Source of the DNA: an uncultured delta proteobacterium
GTDB lineage: Bacteria > Desulfobacterota > BSN033 > UBA1163
Direction: 5' to 3'
DNA: 64,000 nucleotides
Assembly: GCA_963708295.1 (NCBI GenBank)
Contig: CAVPSJ010000004.1
Location: 992,001 to 1,056,000, forward strand
The stretch's first letter is position 1; each line of letters opens with the position of its first letter. Made by a program: the position numbers and the translations under genes. A model generated the notes under the pieces. That model saw only the letters and a program-made list of their open reading frames with translations. It was not told the origin of the DNA and did not search any database. Of this stretch, positions 9,988-19,138 are shown in pieces.

Positions 9988-10947
9988 ATGCTTTCATTCA
10001 TGGCCCGCAGCGCGGTTCAAAAGATCATCACGTTGTTCTTTGTTTCGGTGATCTCCTTTCTGGTCATTTACCTGGCTCCGGGCAAACCCAGCCAGGTGGA
10101 CCCTTTGAACCCTAAGTTCACCCCGGAGATGGTGGAGCGGTTTCGGAAGCAGTTTCATCTCGACGAGCCCCTCTATGCCCAATATGTTTATTTTTACCAG
10201 GATTTTTTTACAGGGAAGAGTGTTTCCTGGAAAGACAATGAGCCGGTTCTCAAGAAGATCTGGGATCGGTTCAAGAACAGCCTCTTGCTCTTTGTGGTGG
10301 GGACCCTCTTGACCTGGACTCTGTCGTTCCCGATCGGGATCCGTTCGGCGCTTTTCAGGGGTGGAGCCTATGATCGCAGTATGACCTTTCTCTCCTATTT
10401 CCTGATCTCCATCCCGGGTTTCTTTTTCGCCTATATCCTTATCATCCTGGTGGTCGAAGGCCTTCACATCCCTGTCATCGGGATGCAGACCTTCGGGCTG
10501 GGAGACGTCCCCTGGTACCGTCAGGGGATGGACCGGATCTGGCATCTCCTCCTTCCTTCTGTACTGGGGGCGACCGGCGGGATCGCGATCCTTTCACGAT
10601 ACGTGCGGAGCCAGATGCTCGAGGTGGAGAGCCAGGACTATATCAGGACGGCTCGCGCCAAAGGGCTTCCCGAGGAAAAGGTTCATTATAAACACGCCCT
10701 TCGCAATGCCCTGTTACCCTTTGTCACCATGTTCGGCCTGATTCTGCCGGGGTTGATTGGCGGATCCGTCATTATCGAGTATATCTTCTCCTGGCCCGGG
10801 ATGGGACGGATGGCGTACGAAGCCATTCTGGCCCGGGACTATCCGATCATTCTGGCGGAGAACTTCATCGCCGCGGTATTGGTACTGATCGGGACCTTCG
10901 TCTCGGATGTGCTCTACATGATTGTGGACCCGAGGATACGGCTGTGA
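9988..10947 (+). CDS. Peptide ABC transporter permease (OppB/DppB-like)
   Basis: QDYIRTARAKGL...KHALRNALLP; FSWPGMG; RDYP. Confidence 0.9.
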   Translation: MLSFMARSAVQKIITLFFVSVISFLVIYLAPGKPSQVDPLNPKFTPEMVERFRKQFHLDEPLYAQYVYFYQDFFTGKSVSWKDNEPVLKKIWDRFKNSLLLFVVGTLLTWTLSFPIGIRSALFRGGAYDRSMTFLSYFLISIPGFFFAYILIILVVEGLHIPVIGMQTFGLGDVPWYRQGMDRIWHLLLPSVLGATGGIAILSRYVRSQMLEVESQDYIRTARAKGLPEEKVHYKHALRNALLPFVTMFGLILPGLIGGSVIIEYIFSWPGMGRMAYEAILARDYPIILAENFIAAVLVLIGTFVSDVLYMIVDPRIRL

Positions 10948-10958
10948 TTCGAACGGAG

Positions 10959-12117
10959 ATGGAAACCTTCCGTAAGGAGCCTATTGAAAAGCCCCTGGCG
11001 CCCAGGGAGTCGAGGTGGCGGGAGTTCTGGCGCCTCTTCAGGAAAAACCAGCTCGCCTTCGTCGGTCTCCTTATCTTTGTTGTCTTCTTTTTCACTGCGC
11101 TGGTCGGGCTCGTCACTGACATGGGGTTCGAAACCTGTTTTCGATCCTGCGATGGTGCGGCTGGAGGAGAAATTGCGCCCCCCGCTCTCCAGCCCGAACC
11201 ATGAAACCCTGGCTCCCGAGGCGATCCCCCGCCTGGGCATTTATCTCTTCGGGACCGACGACCTGGGGCGCGACGTCTTTGCCAGGATGATGCAGGGGGC
11301 TTGGGTCTCTCTCACGGTGGGATTCGTGGCGGTCGGCATATCGGTGCTGATCGGGATCATTCTCGGAGGTATCTCCGGGTATTACGGGCAGAACGCGGCG
11401 ACGGCCGACCAGGTGATTGCCTCCGCCATAGGTATCGCTGGTGCCATTTTGCTGGTAGCCAGGGAGACCACCCTCGGGGCATTGCTCCTGATCGCCGGAG
11501 TGATCTTTTTTGTCCTATCCCAGGGCTTGAAGCGAAAGGTCCGGACACGAGCAAAGGCCGGGTGGGCAAGGATCCTTTCGACTCCAGTGGTCTCGTTCGA
11601 CACGCTCATCATGCGGTTTGTCGATATCATGCTCTGTTTTCCAAGCTTCTTCCTGATCCTGACCGTGGTCGCCCTCCTTCCTCCCAGCATCTACAACATC
11701 ATGATCGTGATCGGCCTGACCAGCTGGATGGGGACCACGCGTTTCGTCCGGGCGGAGTTTCTGTCGCTCCGGGATCAGGATTTTGTGACAGCGGCCCGCG
11801 CGCTCGGCATCGGCAATTGGCGGATCATCTTCCGTCACATGGTGCCCAATGCCATCGCCCCGGTGCTTGTCTCAGCGACGATCGGCATCGCATCGGCGAT
11901 TTTGACCGAGTCGGCCCTGAGCTTTCTGGGTTTGGGCGTGCCTCCTCCGCATGCCACCTGGGGGAACATTCTTTCCGACGGGAAAAATTACATCTTCGAT
12001 GCGCCCTGGCTGACCTTTGTCCCGGGGATTGCCATCCTGATTGTGGTCCTCTCTTTCAACCTTTTCGGCGAAGGCCTGCGCGATATTCTCAATCCGCGGC
12101 TCCGGGAGCGGTCGTGA
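10959..12117 (+). CDS. Peptide ABC transporter permease (OppC/DppC-like), frameshift near 11110-11120
   Basis: N-terminus (WREFWRLFRKNQLAFVGL) in one frame; FGTDDLGRDVFAR, DFVTAARALG and GEGLRDILNP in another. Confidence 0.8.
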
Positions 12118-13133
12118 TGCTTTCCGTTCAGGATTTGAAGGTCTATTTCTTCAGCGATGAGAGAATTGCCCGGGCCGTAGATGGGGTCAGCTATGAGGTC
12201 CGGAAAGGGGAGACCGTTTGTCTGGTGGGGGAGTCCGGGTGTGGAAAGACGGTCTCGGCGCTGACCATTCTGCGAATCCTCCCGATGCCCCCGGGCAGGA
12301 TCATGGGCGGAAAAATCCTCTTCAAGGGCCGAAATATCATGGATCTTGATGAAGAGGAGATGCAGAAAGTCCGGGGAAAACAAATTGCCATGATCTTCCA
12401 GGAGCCAATGACCTCTCTCAATCCCGTGTTCACCATTGAGGATCAGATCGGAGAGGCCATCATGGTCCACGAAACCATCGGTCAGGAAGAAGTCCGTCGC
12501 AGATGCATTCAGCTTCTGAGAGATGTGGGCATCCCGTCGCCGGAACAGCGTTTGAAGGATTACCCCCATCAACTCAGTGGCGGGCAAAGGCAGCGTGTGA
12601 TGATCGCCATGGCCCTCGCATGCAACCCCGATCTTGTGATTGCCGACGAGCCGACGACGGCTCTGGACGTGACGATCCAGGCCCAGATCCTGAACCTGTT
12701 TCGGGAGCTGAAGAAGAAACGTGATATGTCGCTTCTCTACATTACGCATGATCTCGGGGTGGTTTCGACGATTGCCGACCGGATCTATGTGATGTATGCA
12801 GGGATCATTGCAGAGCAGGGAACCACCACGCACATTTTCCGCGAACCGAAGCATCCTTATACTCAGAGCCTCTTGGCCTCGCTGCCGAGCCGCGCAAAGA
12901 GAGGAAAGACGCTTTACAGCATTCCCGGCGCCGTGCCCAATCCTGCCTACAAACCGGCGGGGTGTCCTTTCCATCCCCGATGCCCTCACGCCATCGATCC
13001 TTGCAGAAGCGCTTATCCGGCATTATGTGATTATGGAAAAGGGCACCTAAGCCGCTGCCCTGTCCTGTACCAGCGAGAGAATCCCGGTAATGGAAAAGAG
13101 CCATCAGCATACTCATGCCCTCCTCAAGGTTGA
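12117..13133 (+). CDS. Peptide ABC transporter ATP-binding protein (OppD-like)
   Basis: [39 protein letters not shown]; start moved to the ATG overlapping the oppC stop. Confidence 0.9.
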   Translation: MLSVQDLKVYFFSDERIARAVDGVSYEVRKGETVCLVGESGCGKTVSALTILRILPMPPGRIMGGKILFKGRNIMDLDEEEMQKVRGKQIAMIFQEPMTSLNPVFTIEDQIGEAIMVHETIGQEEVRRRCIQLLRDVGIPSPEQRLKDYPHQLSGGQRQRVMIAMALACNPDLVIADEPTTALDVTIQAQILNLFRELKKKRDMSLLYITHDLGVVSTIADRIYVMYAGIIAEQGTTTHIFREPKHPYTQSLLASLPSRAKRGKTLYSIPGAVPNPAYKPAGCPFHPRCPHAIDPCRSAYPALCDYGKGHLSRCPVLYQRENPGNGKEPSAYSCPPQG

Positions 13134-14076
13134 AGGGCTCCAAAAGTACTTTCCCGTGAGAAGAGGTTTTCTTCAGAAGGTCATCGGCTGGGTGAAGGCC
13201 GTTGACGGCGTGGACCTGGAGATTTTGCCCGGGAAGACCCTCGGGCTGGTGGGTGAGAGCGGCTGCGGCAAGTCCACGGTCGGCCGACTCATCTTGAGAC
13301 TCCTGGAGCCCGATCAGGGAACAATCATTCACAAGGGCCGGGATATCCGCGGGCTGACGCAGGATGAGCTGAAACCCTTACGGAAAGAGATGCAGATCAT
13401 CTTCCAGGATCCCTTTGGCTCTCTTAACCCCAGGATGACCGTGGGGCAATCAATCGGAGAGGGCCTTCGGACCTGGGGGGTGAAGGACCTTCATAAGAGG
13501 AAGGCCCGGGTGAGGGAACTCTTAGAGACGGTGGGCATCGCTCCTGAGGCGGCGGACTTCTATCCTCATGAATTCAGCGGCGGACAAAGACAGAGGATTG
13601 GTATCGCCCGGGCCCTGAGTTTGGAGCCCGGCCTGATTGTCTGTGATGAGCCCGTGTCAGCGCTCGATGTGTCTATCCAATCCCAGATCCTCAATCTCCT
13701 CAAGGAACTGCAAGGCCGACTGGGTTTGAGCTATCTCTTCATCTCTCATGATCTAAACGTGGTGGGCTATATGAGTGACACCGTCGCCGTCATGTATCTG
13801 GGCCACATCATGGAATACGCTCCGGCCGACGAGCTTTACGAACATTACTTGAACCCTTACACCGTGGCGTTGTTCTCCTCCGTGCCTTCCACGGACCCGG
13901 ATAAGCAGCATGAACCACAAGCGCTGTCAGGCGAGGTGCCCAGCGCTTTCGACCCGCCCCCGGGGTGCAAATTTCAGGGAAGGTGCCCCATCGTTGAAGA
14001 CCGCTGCCGGGTCGGGGTGATTGAAATGTATAAAGTAGGTGAGGACCACGGGGTACGGTGCTGGAAGGTGGTTTGA
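13090..14076 (+). CDS. Peptide ABC transporter ATP-binding protein (OppF-like)
   Basis: [30 protein letters not shown]. Confidence 0.9.
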   Translation: MEKSHQHTHALLKVEGLQKYFPVRRGFLQKVIGWVKAVDGVDLEILPGKTLGLVGESGCGKSTVGRLILRLLEPDQGTIIHKGRDIRGLTQDELKPLRKEMQIIFQDPFGSLNPRMTVGQSIGEGLRTWGVKDLHKRKARVRELLETVGIAPEAADFYPHEFSGGQRQRIGIARALSLEPGLIVCDEPVSALDVSIQSQILNLLKELQGRLGLSYLFISHDLNVVGYMSDTVAVMYLGHIMEYAPADELYEHYLNPYTVALFSSVPSTDPDKQHEPQALSGEVPSAFDPPPGCKFQGRCPIVEDRCRVGVIEMYKVGEDHGVRCWKVV

Positions 14077-14110
14077 TCCGAAACGCAGAGCGCGCGGCGA
14101 TTTTCCAAAG

Positions 14111-14259
14111 TTACGGATCAGTCCTTTTGCATGGATGCTGTAGACTAAATCCCTCCTCACCTCCCTTTGCAAAAGGGGGGAATTCCCCCTCTTTGGCAAA
14201 GAGGGGTTGGGGGAGATTTTCACAACGACATGTCTTCTTAACTGTGAACTCCTAAGTAA
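14111..14259. repeat. ~150-bp MITE/REP-like element (second copy at 37341..37491)
   Basis: Both copies share aatccctcct..ctccctttgc.aaaggg.ggaatt.ccc.ctctttggcaaagagggg...ggggagatttt and end in ctcct(t/a)agtaa. Confidence 0.75.
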
Positions 14260-14320
14260 AAGATTGTTAGAGGGTAAGACGCTATGCGCTATGCTCCATG
14301 CGCCTTGCGGTTTTCTATAT

Positions 14321-15004
14321 TTATCGGCTGGTGACCATGACGTTGAACCCCATCCGGGCAAGTTTTTCCGCGATGACCAAAGCGGATTCTCTCGTGTCGA
14401 ATTGCCCCACTCTCACCCGGTGATATTTCTGGGTCTGTGTTTCCAGAGCCATGACGGAGACGTTGTCAAAGTTTTTTCGAAGCTGTTCTGCTAGTCTCTG
14501 AGCATTGGGTTCATCCACAAAGGAGCCGACCTGGAGGGTGAATCGCTGAACCAGCTCGGGGGCAAAGCCAATCACCTCCACTTTGACGGAAGCCGTTCCT
14601 TTTTCCCACATCCCGAGCATCCGGGCGGCGGCATAGGAGACATCGATAATCCGCTCCTTAACAAAAGGACCCCGGTCATTGACCTTCAATTCAAGGGACT
14701 TTCCGTTTTCGACATTGGTCACCATGACCATTGTTCCCAAAGGAAGGGTCTGATGGGCACAGGTCAGTTGGTACATATCATAAACTTCACCGCTCGAGGT
14801 GGCTTTGCCGTGAAAGTCGGCTCCATACCAGGAGGCGACTCCATATTGGGGTTCTCTGCTCTCTCCCTTCCTTATTTCTCTTTTCTCCGGAGGGGGCATT
14901 CTTCTCTCATAAACAACGCGACGTTCGGAAGCACAGGCCGTCATCAGAAAAAAGACGATGATCAATAAAGTAGGTATAGGAACCGTTCGCCTCTCGCGAT
15001 TCAT
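14321..15004 (-). CDS. rlpA: Septal ring lytic transglycosylase RlpA (DPBB + SPOR) lipoprotein
   Basis: Lipobox MTAC; GVASWYG..FHG, AHQTLPLGT, VNDRGPF, IIDVS; SPOR LQVGSF...RVRVG. Confidence 0.9.
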   Translation of the reverse strand: MNRERRTVPIPTLLIIVFFLMTACASERRVVYERRMPPPEKREIRKGESREPQYGVASWYGADFHGKATSSGEVYDMYQLTCAHQTLPLGTMVMVTNVENGKSLELKVNDRGPFVKERIIDVSYAAARMLGMWEKGTASVKVEVIGFAPELVQRFTLQVGSFVDEPNAQRLAEQLRKNFDNVSVMALETQTQKYHRVRVGQFDTRESALVIAEKLARMGFNVMVTSR

Positions 15005-15210
15005 CTATATTTAACCGCCCTGTTTTCTTTTAACACAATTTGCTCGATATCACCCGTCCAGAGGACTTCTCACATTCAGGCAGATTTCCCGCAAAAATGT
15101 GTTCCAGTGTATGAACTAAAACCTATTTTGTTACCCCCGTTTGCTGTAAGCCTAAGTGCCCGCAGTCACCAGGAGATACATATTACGGTCAATGCTGTTT
15201 ATTAAGATCG

Positions 15211-15412
15211 CACCTGAAAACCCCGTCCTGTGGACGGGGATGAAAGGTGTGTCTGCTGAAAGCAGAAAAAATAAATCAGATGCTGAAACAAGTTCAGCAT
15301 GACAGGACGGTTCGGTTCTGATCTTTTTGTCATCCCGAACTTGTTTCGGGATCTCGGTTTTTGGCTTTAGAATTTAAGCTTTAAAGCCCCGCCCTGTGGG
15401 CGGGGTTCTTTG
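15211..15412. mobile_element. Non-autonomous IS200/IS605-like element (paired end hairpins) with a nested REP pair
   Basis: Hairpins ccccgtcc-tgt-ggacgggg (15221-15239) and ccccgccc-tgt-gggcgggg (15387-15405) in direct orientation; nested agatgctgaaacaagttcagcatgaca / tgtcatcccgaacttgtttcgggatct (15278-15354). Confidence 0.55.
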
Positions 15413-15615
15413 CTAATGTAAAGATTGTCCAGGGGGCTTTTGGGAACGCTCACCCTATCTCTTATCACATGGGTGTAGATCATGGTGGTTTCAAGATGTT
15501 TATGACCCAATAAATTCTGGATCTCCCTGATATTCACCCCATTCAGTAAAAGATGCGTCGCAAAACTGTGTCTGAGTGTATGTACGGACGCGTGCTTGGC
15601 AATGCCCGCTTTCTT
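15367..15615 (-). pseudogene. intI: Integron integrase, C-terminal remnant
   Basis: [50 protein letters not shown]...KSPLD: tyrosine recombinase box II with the IntI-typical TTMIYTHV...SPLD tail; no start codon, in-frame stop just upstream; divergent from the attC array. Confidence 0.85.
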
Positions 15616-15779
15616 GTGAATTCCATTATTTCAGGTTTATCGATCTAGGAGTGAAGCAAGATTACAGAGTAAGACGTGATGAACTGGAAATACACGAGAC
15701 CTACCCTTTGAGCAAAAAGCAAAATGAATGGCGTGTGATGCCTTGGGGGCCTCAAGCTATGATGAAGAAGGAGTCATAA
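15616..15779 (+). pseudogene. 3' remnant of a gene cassette ORF
   Basis: Open frame ...YRVRRDELEIHETYPLSKKQNEWRVMPWGPQAMMKKES* whose TAA lies in the R'' box of attC1; its 5' end abuts the broken intI. Confidence 0.45.
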
Positions 15780-15862
15780 CAAGAAAATCAACCCGACCGG
15801 GGATAGCCCGGTAGGGTTTTAGCGAGGGGGGGTGCCCCGGCGGGTTATTTACTTCGTTAAGC
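15774..15862 (+). other. attC site 1
   Basis: R'' tcataac ... imperfect palindrome (aacccgaccgggg / ccccggcgggtt) ... R' gttaagc; 89 bp. Confidence 0.85.
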
Positions 15863-15883
15863 CCAAAATATAAATAGAGAGAA

Positions 15884-16195
15884 ATGAGAGATCGACCACC
15901 TCCATTACTCGATAGTGCTAAAGTACTTAAGTACGCGATTGTTAACACCTCAGTCGAATTCACAGGACGATTATGCCTTTACGTGGACGGAAAGCTTCTG
16001 GGAAAAGTCCCAAAGCTCGCAATTTGTCAAAATTATAAGGCGAAAGATTATCTATTATTGTTCTGCAACAAGAAATGGAAAGTTTTGGGAGTGGCGGGGT
16101 ATAAATCCATTCAAGAAACCAAAGAAAAAGCAGAAAGGGCATACAAAGGAATAACAAAAAAATGGATGACAAAAACTAGGGGACGTTGGTTCTAA
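15884..16195 (+). CDS. Cassette-borne hypothetical protein; 3' end supplied by the element TIR
   Basis: 103-aa AT-rich ORF starting 21 bp after attC1; last codons (RGRWF*) read through the left TIR. Confidence 0.6.
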   Translation: MRDRPPPLLDSAKVLKYAIVNTSVEFTGRLCLYVDGKLLGKVPKLAICQNYKAKDYLLLFCNKKWKVLGVAGYKSIQETKEKAERAYKGITKKWMTKTRGRWF

Positions 16196-16201
16196 AACAC
16201 C

Positions 16202-16230
16202 TTGACAGGTTGACCCAAAAAGAGTAACGT
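16202..16230 (+). promoter_or_regulatory. Sigma70-like promoter of the Y1 transposase, probably leaderless
   Basis: TTGACA-17 bp-TAACGT; the ATG follows 6 nt after the -10 with no Shine-Dalgarno. Confidence 0.55.
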
Positions 16231-16236
16231 ATTTCT

Positions 16237-17235
16237 ATGCCAAGACAGCCACGGCTAGATGCTCCTGGAGCTTTGCATCATATCATGGGGCGGGGTATTG
16301 AGCGGGCGAGCATATTCCGCACGGATCGAGACCGTGAGGATTTTCTTAAGAGGTTGGCAGATTTGTCAATGGCGAGGGAGCTAATCGTCTATGCCTGGTC
16401 CCTGATGCCTAATCACTTTCATTTATTAGTTCGGACAGGGCGGCAGTCAATTTCGAAGAGTATGCGGAAACTTCTTACGGGGTACGTCGTTAATTTTAAC
16501 CTGCGACACAAGAGGCATGGTCATTTATTTCAGGACAGATATAAATCGATCATATGTGAAGACGACCCCTATCTGCTGGAATTGACGAGATACATTCATT
16601 TGAATCCCCTGAGAGCAGGTATAGTAAGGAGCTTGGAGGAATTGAGAGGCTATCGTTGGACAGGCCATGCTGCGATCCTGGGGAGGGTGAGGCAGGAATG
16701 GCAGGATATCAAGGCCATTAGGGCCTATTTTGGTAAGGGACGCCGGGCGGTTGAAAAATACGAGCAGTATGTGAGAGAAGGGCTGTCCCTCGGGAAGAGG
16801 CCAGAATTGGTGGGAGGTGGGCTAATACGGAGTTTAGGGGGATGGTCGCAGGTGCTGTCGTTAAAGAGAAAGGGGATGAGGGTAGCCTCGGATGACAGGG
16901 TTTTAGGAAGGGACGAATTTGTACAAAGATTGATGTCTGAGGCTGAGGAGAAGGAAAAGGAAACGTTGAGACTGGGTCGCGAAGTGCCAGGACTAGCGAT
17001 GTTAGTGGACAGAATCTCAAGAGGGGAGGGGATAGAGGAATCGGAGTTACGTTCGGGGACGCGAAAGAGAGAGGCGGTCAGAGCAAGGAGGCTGTTTTGT
17101 CAGTTGGCGATAGGGAGGATGGGTTATCCTGGGGCTGAGGTTGCCCGTTTTCTTGGAGTGACGACTTCTTCGGTGAATCGGCTGGCTGTTTCCGAGGAAG
17201 TGCCCCATCTAAAGAAATATCTTAAGTTGCTTTAG
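16237..17235 (+). CDS. REP-associated-type HUH tyrosine (Y1) transposase with C-terminal HTH
   Basis: MPRQPRLDAPGALHHIMGRG, LMPNHFHLL (HUH), GHLFQDRY, RYIHLNP (catalytic Tyr region); C-terminal EVARFLGVTTSSV HTH. Confidence 0.88.
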   Translation: MPRQPRLDAPGALHHIMGRGIERASIFRTDRDREDFLKRLADLSMARELIVYAWSLMPNHFHLLVRTGRQSISKSMRKLLTGYVVNFNLRHKRHGHLFQDRYKSIICEDDPYLLELTRYIHLNPLRAGIVRSLEELRGYRWTGHAAILGRVRQEWQDIKAIRAYFGKGRRAVEKYEQYVREGLSLGKRPELVGGGLIRSLGGWSQVLSLKRKGMRVASDDRVLGRDEFVQRLMSEAEEKEKETLRLGREVPGLAMLVDRISRGEGIEESELRSGTRKREAVRARRLFCQLAIGRMGYPGAEVARFLGVTTSSVNRLAVSEEVPHLKKYLKLL

Positions 17236-17344
17236 AACCAACGTCCCCTCTTCCTGCTTACCGTATTATTCTCAATGGTGTCGGTGCTGGGCTCGGAATC
17301 TTATTCGTTTTGGGTGAATGCAATGGAAAATGAAGAAATAGAGC

Positions 17345-17432
17345 GTACAACAAGACAATCAAGGCGACGGGTGATAGCCCGTCGCCTTCTAGCGGAGGTC
17401 AGTGCCCCCGCGCCTTATTTCTTTCGTTGGCC
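17345..17432 (+). other. attC site 2
   Basis: R'' gtacaac ... aaggcg / cgcctt arms ... R' gttggcc; 88 bp, closely similar to attC1. Confidence 0.85.
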
Positions 17433-17448
17433 GTAATAGGATTCTAAG

Positions 17449-17574
17449 ATGAATTGCTGGCTTTGTGACCGATCTCAATACGAGTATCTTGAATACGACG
17501 GTATTCGTGTATCGCGATTGATATTTGAGTGTGAGCATACGTTTGGAGTGATTCCACAAGAGTTCTCAGCATGA
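17449..17574 (+). CDS. 41-aa cassette peptide with N-terminal CxxC
   Basis: MNCWLCDRSQYEYLEYDGIRVSRLIFECEHTFGVIPQEFSA*; AGGA upstream; fills the space between attC2 and attC3. Confidence 0.4.
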   Translation: MNCWLCDRSQYEYLEYDGIRVSRLIFECEHTFGVIPQEFSA

Positions 17575-17580
17575 AGATTC

Positions 17581-17669
17581 AGCCAACAATTTAATGAAGG
17601 CGAAGGGCCATAATCCTCATGGTTTTCTGCAAACGCGGATTGCCCCGCGCCTGATTTTTGTCGTTAGGC
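17581..17669 (+). other. attC site 3
   Basis: R'' agccaac ... aggcg / cgcct ... R' gttaggc; 89 bp. Confidence 0.75.
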
Positions 17670-17680
17670 TACTAAGATCA

Positions 17681-18121
17681 ATGATGTATCTTGAGAAACA
17701 CGAAATGCTGGAACAGATACTGTTGCGGGCTGCGAGGTGATGTTTCCGGATAGGAGACAATTTACTGCCGTTCGCATGCGAGACTCGGATGGAGATACTG
17801 TTTTACACAAGGTAGCCTTTGGGAGATCGCTATGCAGCTTCGCTCTTGATTGAATCTGGAGCGGAGATTGATGCTAAAGGTGATAAAGGTTGTACACCAT
17901 TGTATTTCGCCGTAATGGGCGGCCATATTGGAACAGCTAAACTACTGTTGAATCTTGGTGCAGACCCCGATGCCCAAACGAACCTCGGGTTCAGTCCGAG
18001 GACATTGGCACTTTCCCAGGGAAAAACATTAATGGTCCGACTTTCAAACAGAAGCCAAAGAAAAGGGGACCCAAGAAAGCCTAACAAGCGGGCGGAGGCG
18101 AGCGTGAATCGCCCTGTTTGA
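17681..18121 (+). pseudogene. Ankyrin-repeat protein cassette, frameshifted
   Basis: DSDGDTVLHK and LIESGAEIDAKGDKGCTPLYFAVMGGHIGTAKLLLNLGADP lie in different frames; the last frame runs into attC4. Confidence 0.7.
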
Positions 18122-18160
18122 ATTGGGGATGAGTACCCGCCGCCTCACCCAACATTCGGC
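18079..18160 (+). other. attC site 4 (R' degenerate)
   Basis: R'' gcctaac (exact complement of attC3 R' gttaggc); gaggcg / cgcctc arms; R' attcggc. Confidence 0.75.
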
Positions 18161-18170
18161 AGGAGAGGAA

Positions 18171-18368
18171 ATGAGAGTCATAGAGGAAAACTACCAGCGT
18201 ATCACGGATGACAGGCGTTCATTCGATATTCACTTTTGGCAATCCCAAGGTGATCGTGCCATTTTTGAGGCAGTATCGGAAATGCTGCGTGACTACTTCT
18301 TGATTCGAGGTAAAGATGCTGACGAATTCCGACTTCAGAGAACTGTTGAATCTTTTCGAAAAGCATAA
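18171..18368 (+). CDS. Small cassette protein, putative partner of the nucleotidyltransferase
   Basis: 65-aa ORF after AGGAGAGG; overlaps the next ORF. Confidence 0.65.
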   Translation: MRVIEENYQRITDDRRSFDIHFWQSQGDRAIFEAVSEMLRDYFLIRGKDADEFRLQRTVESFRKA

Positions 18369-18789
18369 GATTCGCTATCTTGTTGTGGGCGCCTATGCAG
18401 TAATGAAATACAGCGAGCCACGATTCACGAAAGATCTTGATCTATGGATAGCGACTGACCCAGAGAATGCAAATTCGGTGTATGTGGCGTTGAAGGAATT
18501 TGGTGCTCCACTGGCAAATCTTACAACAGATGACTTCACCCACCAGGATTACTTCTATCAGATGGGAATACCGCCTTTGCGGGTTGATATTATGATGTCG
18601 ATTCCGGGAGTCGAATTTGAAGAGGCATGGAAGAACCGTGAGGTCGTTGAATTGGATAACCTTAAGATTCCGTTTATTTCGAGATCTGACCTGATCCGGG
18701 CAAAGGAAGCGAGCGGAAGGCCGCAAGACAAGATTGATGTCGATAGACTCAAGGAAGCCGAACAATTGGATGCACTCGACGAGAAATAG
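18316..18789 (+). CDS. Nucleotidyltransferase-fold protein (putative toxin)
   Basis: YLVVGAYAV...PRFTKDLDLW...RVDI...K.ASGRPQDKID. Confidence 0.8.
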   Translation: MLTNSDFRELLNLFEKHKIRYLVVGAYAVMKYSEPRFTKDLDLWIATDPENANSVYVALKEFGAPLANLTTDDFTHQDYFYQMGIPPLRVDIMMSIPGVEFEEAWKNREVVELDNLKIPFISRSDLIRAKEASGRPQDKIDVDRLKEAEQLDALDEK

Positions 18790-18840
18790 CGCACCGCTTC
18801 GCTTTGCGCCATTTCTCGCGAGTGATCCATGCCGTTCTGC
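18757..18840 (+). other. attC site 5
   Basis: R'' gccgaac; cactcgacgagaaat / atttctcgcgagtg arms; R' gttctgc. Confidence 0.85.
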
Positions 18841-18904
18841 TCAAAGAAAGGTTTGCTTCTTGGCATGGATTGTGCTTGAATATGTATGAATGGAGGATGT
18901 TAAT

Positions 18905-19138
18905 ATGCCCGTTGTCGCCAAGAAAGTATTGGATGAAGCTTTGCAACTTCCGGCAGATGCCAGGGTGAATTTGGTAGAACACCTACTCACCAGCCTTAAC
19001 CTTCCCACGCAACCGGAAATTGACCAACTATGGGCCGAGGAAGCCGAAAAACGTATTGCCCAAATTGACAAAGGCGAAACAAAGCTTGTCCCAGGAAGGA
19101 AGGTTTTTTCTAATATCCGTAAGAAATACAGGCGATGA
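18905..19138 (+). CDS. Addiction-module antitoxin component
   Basis: ALQLPADARVNLVEHLLTSL...IDQLWAEEAEKR pattern; ATGA overlap with the RelE/ParE gene. Confidence 0.85.
   Translation: MPVVAKKVLDEALQLPADARVNLVEHLLTSLNLPTQPEIDQLWAEEAEKRIAQIDKGETKLVPGRKVFSNIRKKYRR

Larger units (their letters stand above)
16178..17249 (+). mobile_element. TIR-bounded element carrying a RAYT-like HUH/Y1 transposase
   Basis: Perfect 19-bp inverted repeats aggggacgttggttctaaa (16178-16196) and tttagaaccaacgtcccct (17231-17249); no target-site duplication visible. Confidence 0.8.

Noticed and set aside
8240-9997. 585-aa minus-strand ORF, and similar long antisense ORFs (11988-12989, 26012-26842, 33974-34753, 55515-56636)
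   Set aside because: They are shadows of well-supported genes on the opposite strand and have no recognisable motifs.
11301-12116. Apparent ~270-aa N-terminal extension of the OppD ORF
   Set aside because: It is an alternative frame overlapping oppC; the ATPase begins at the GTG/ATG overlapping the oppC stop.
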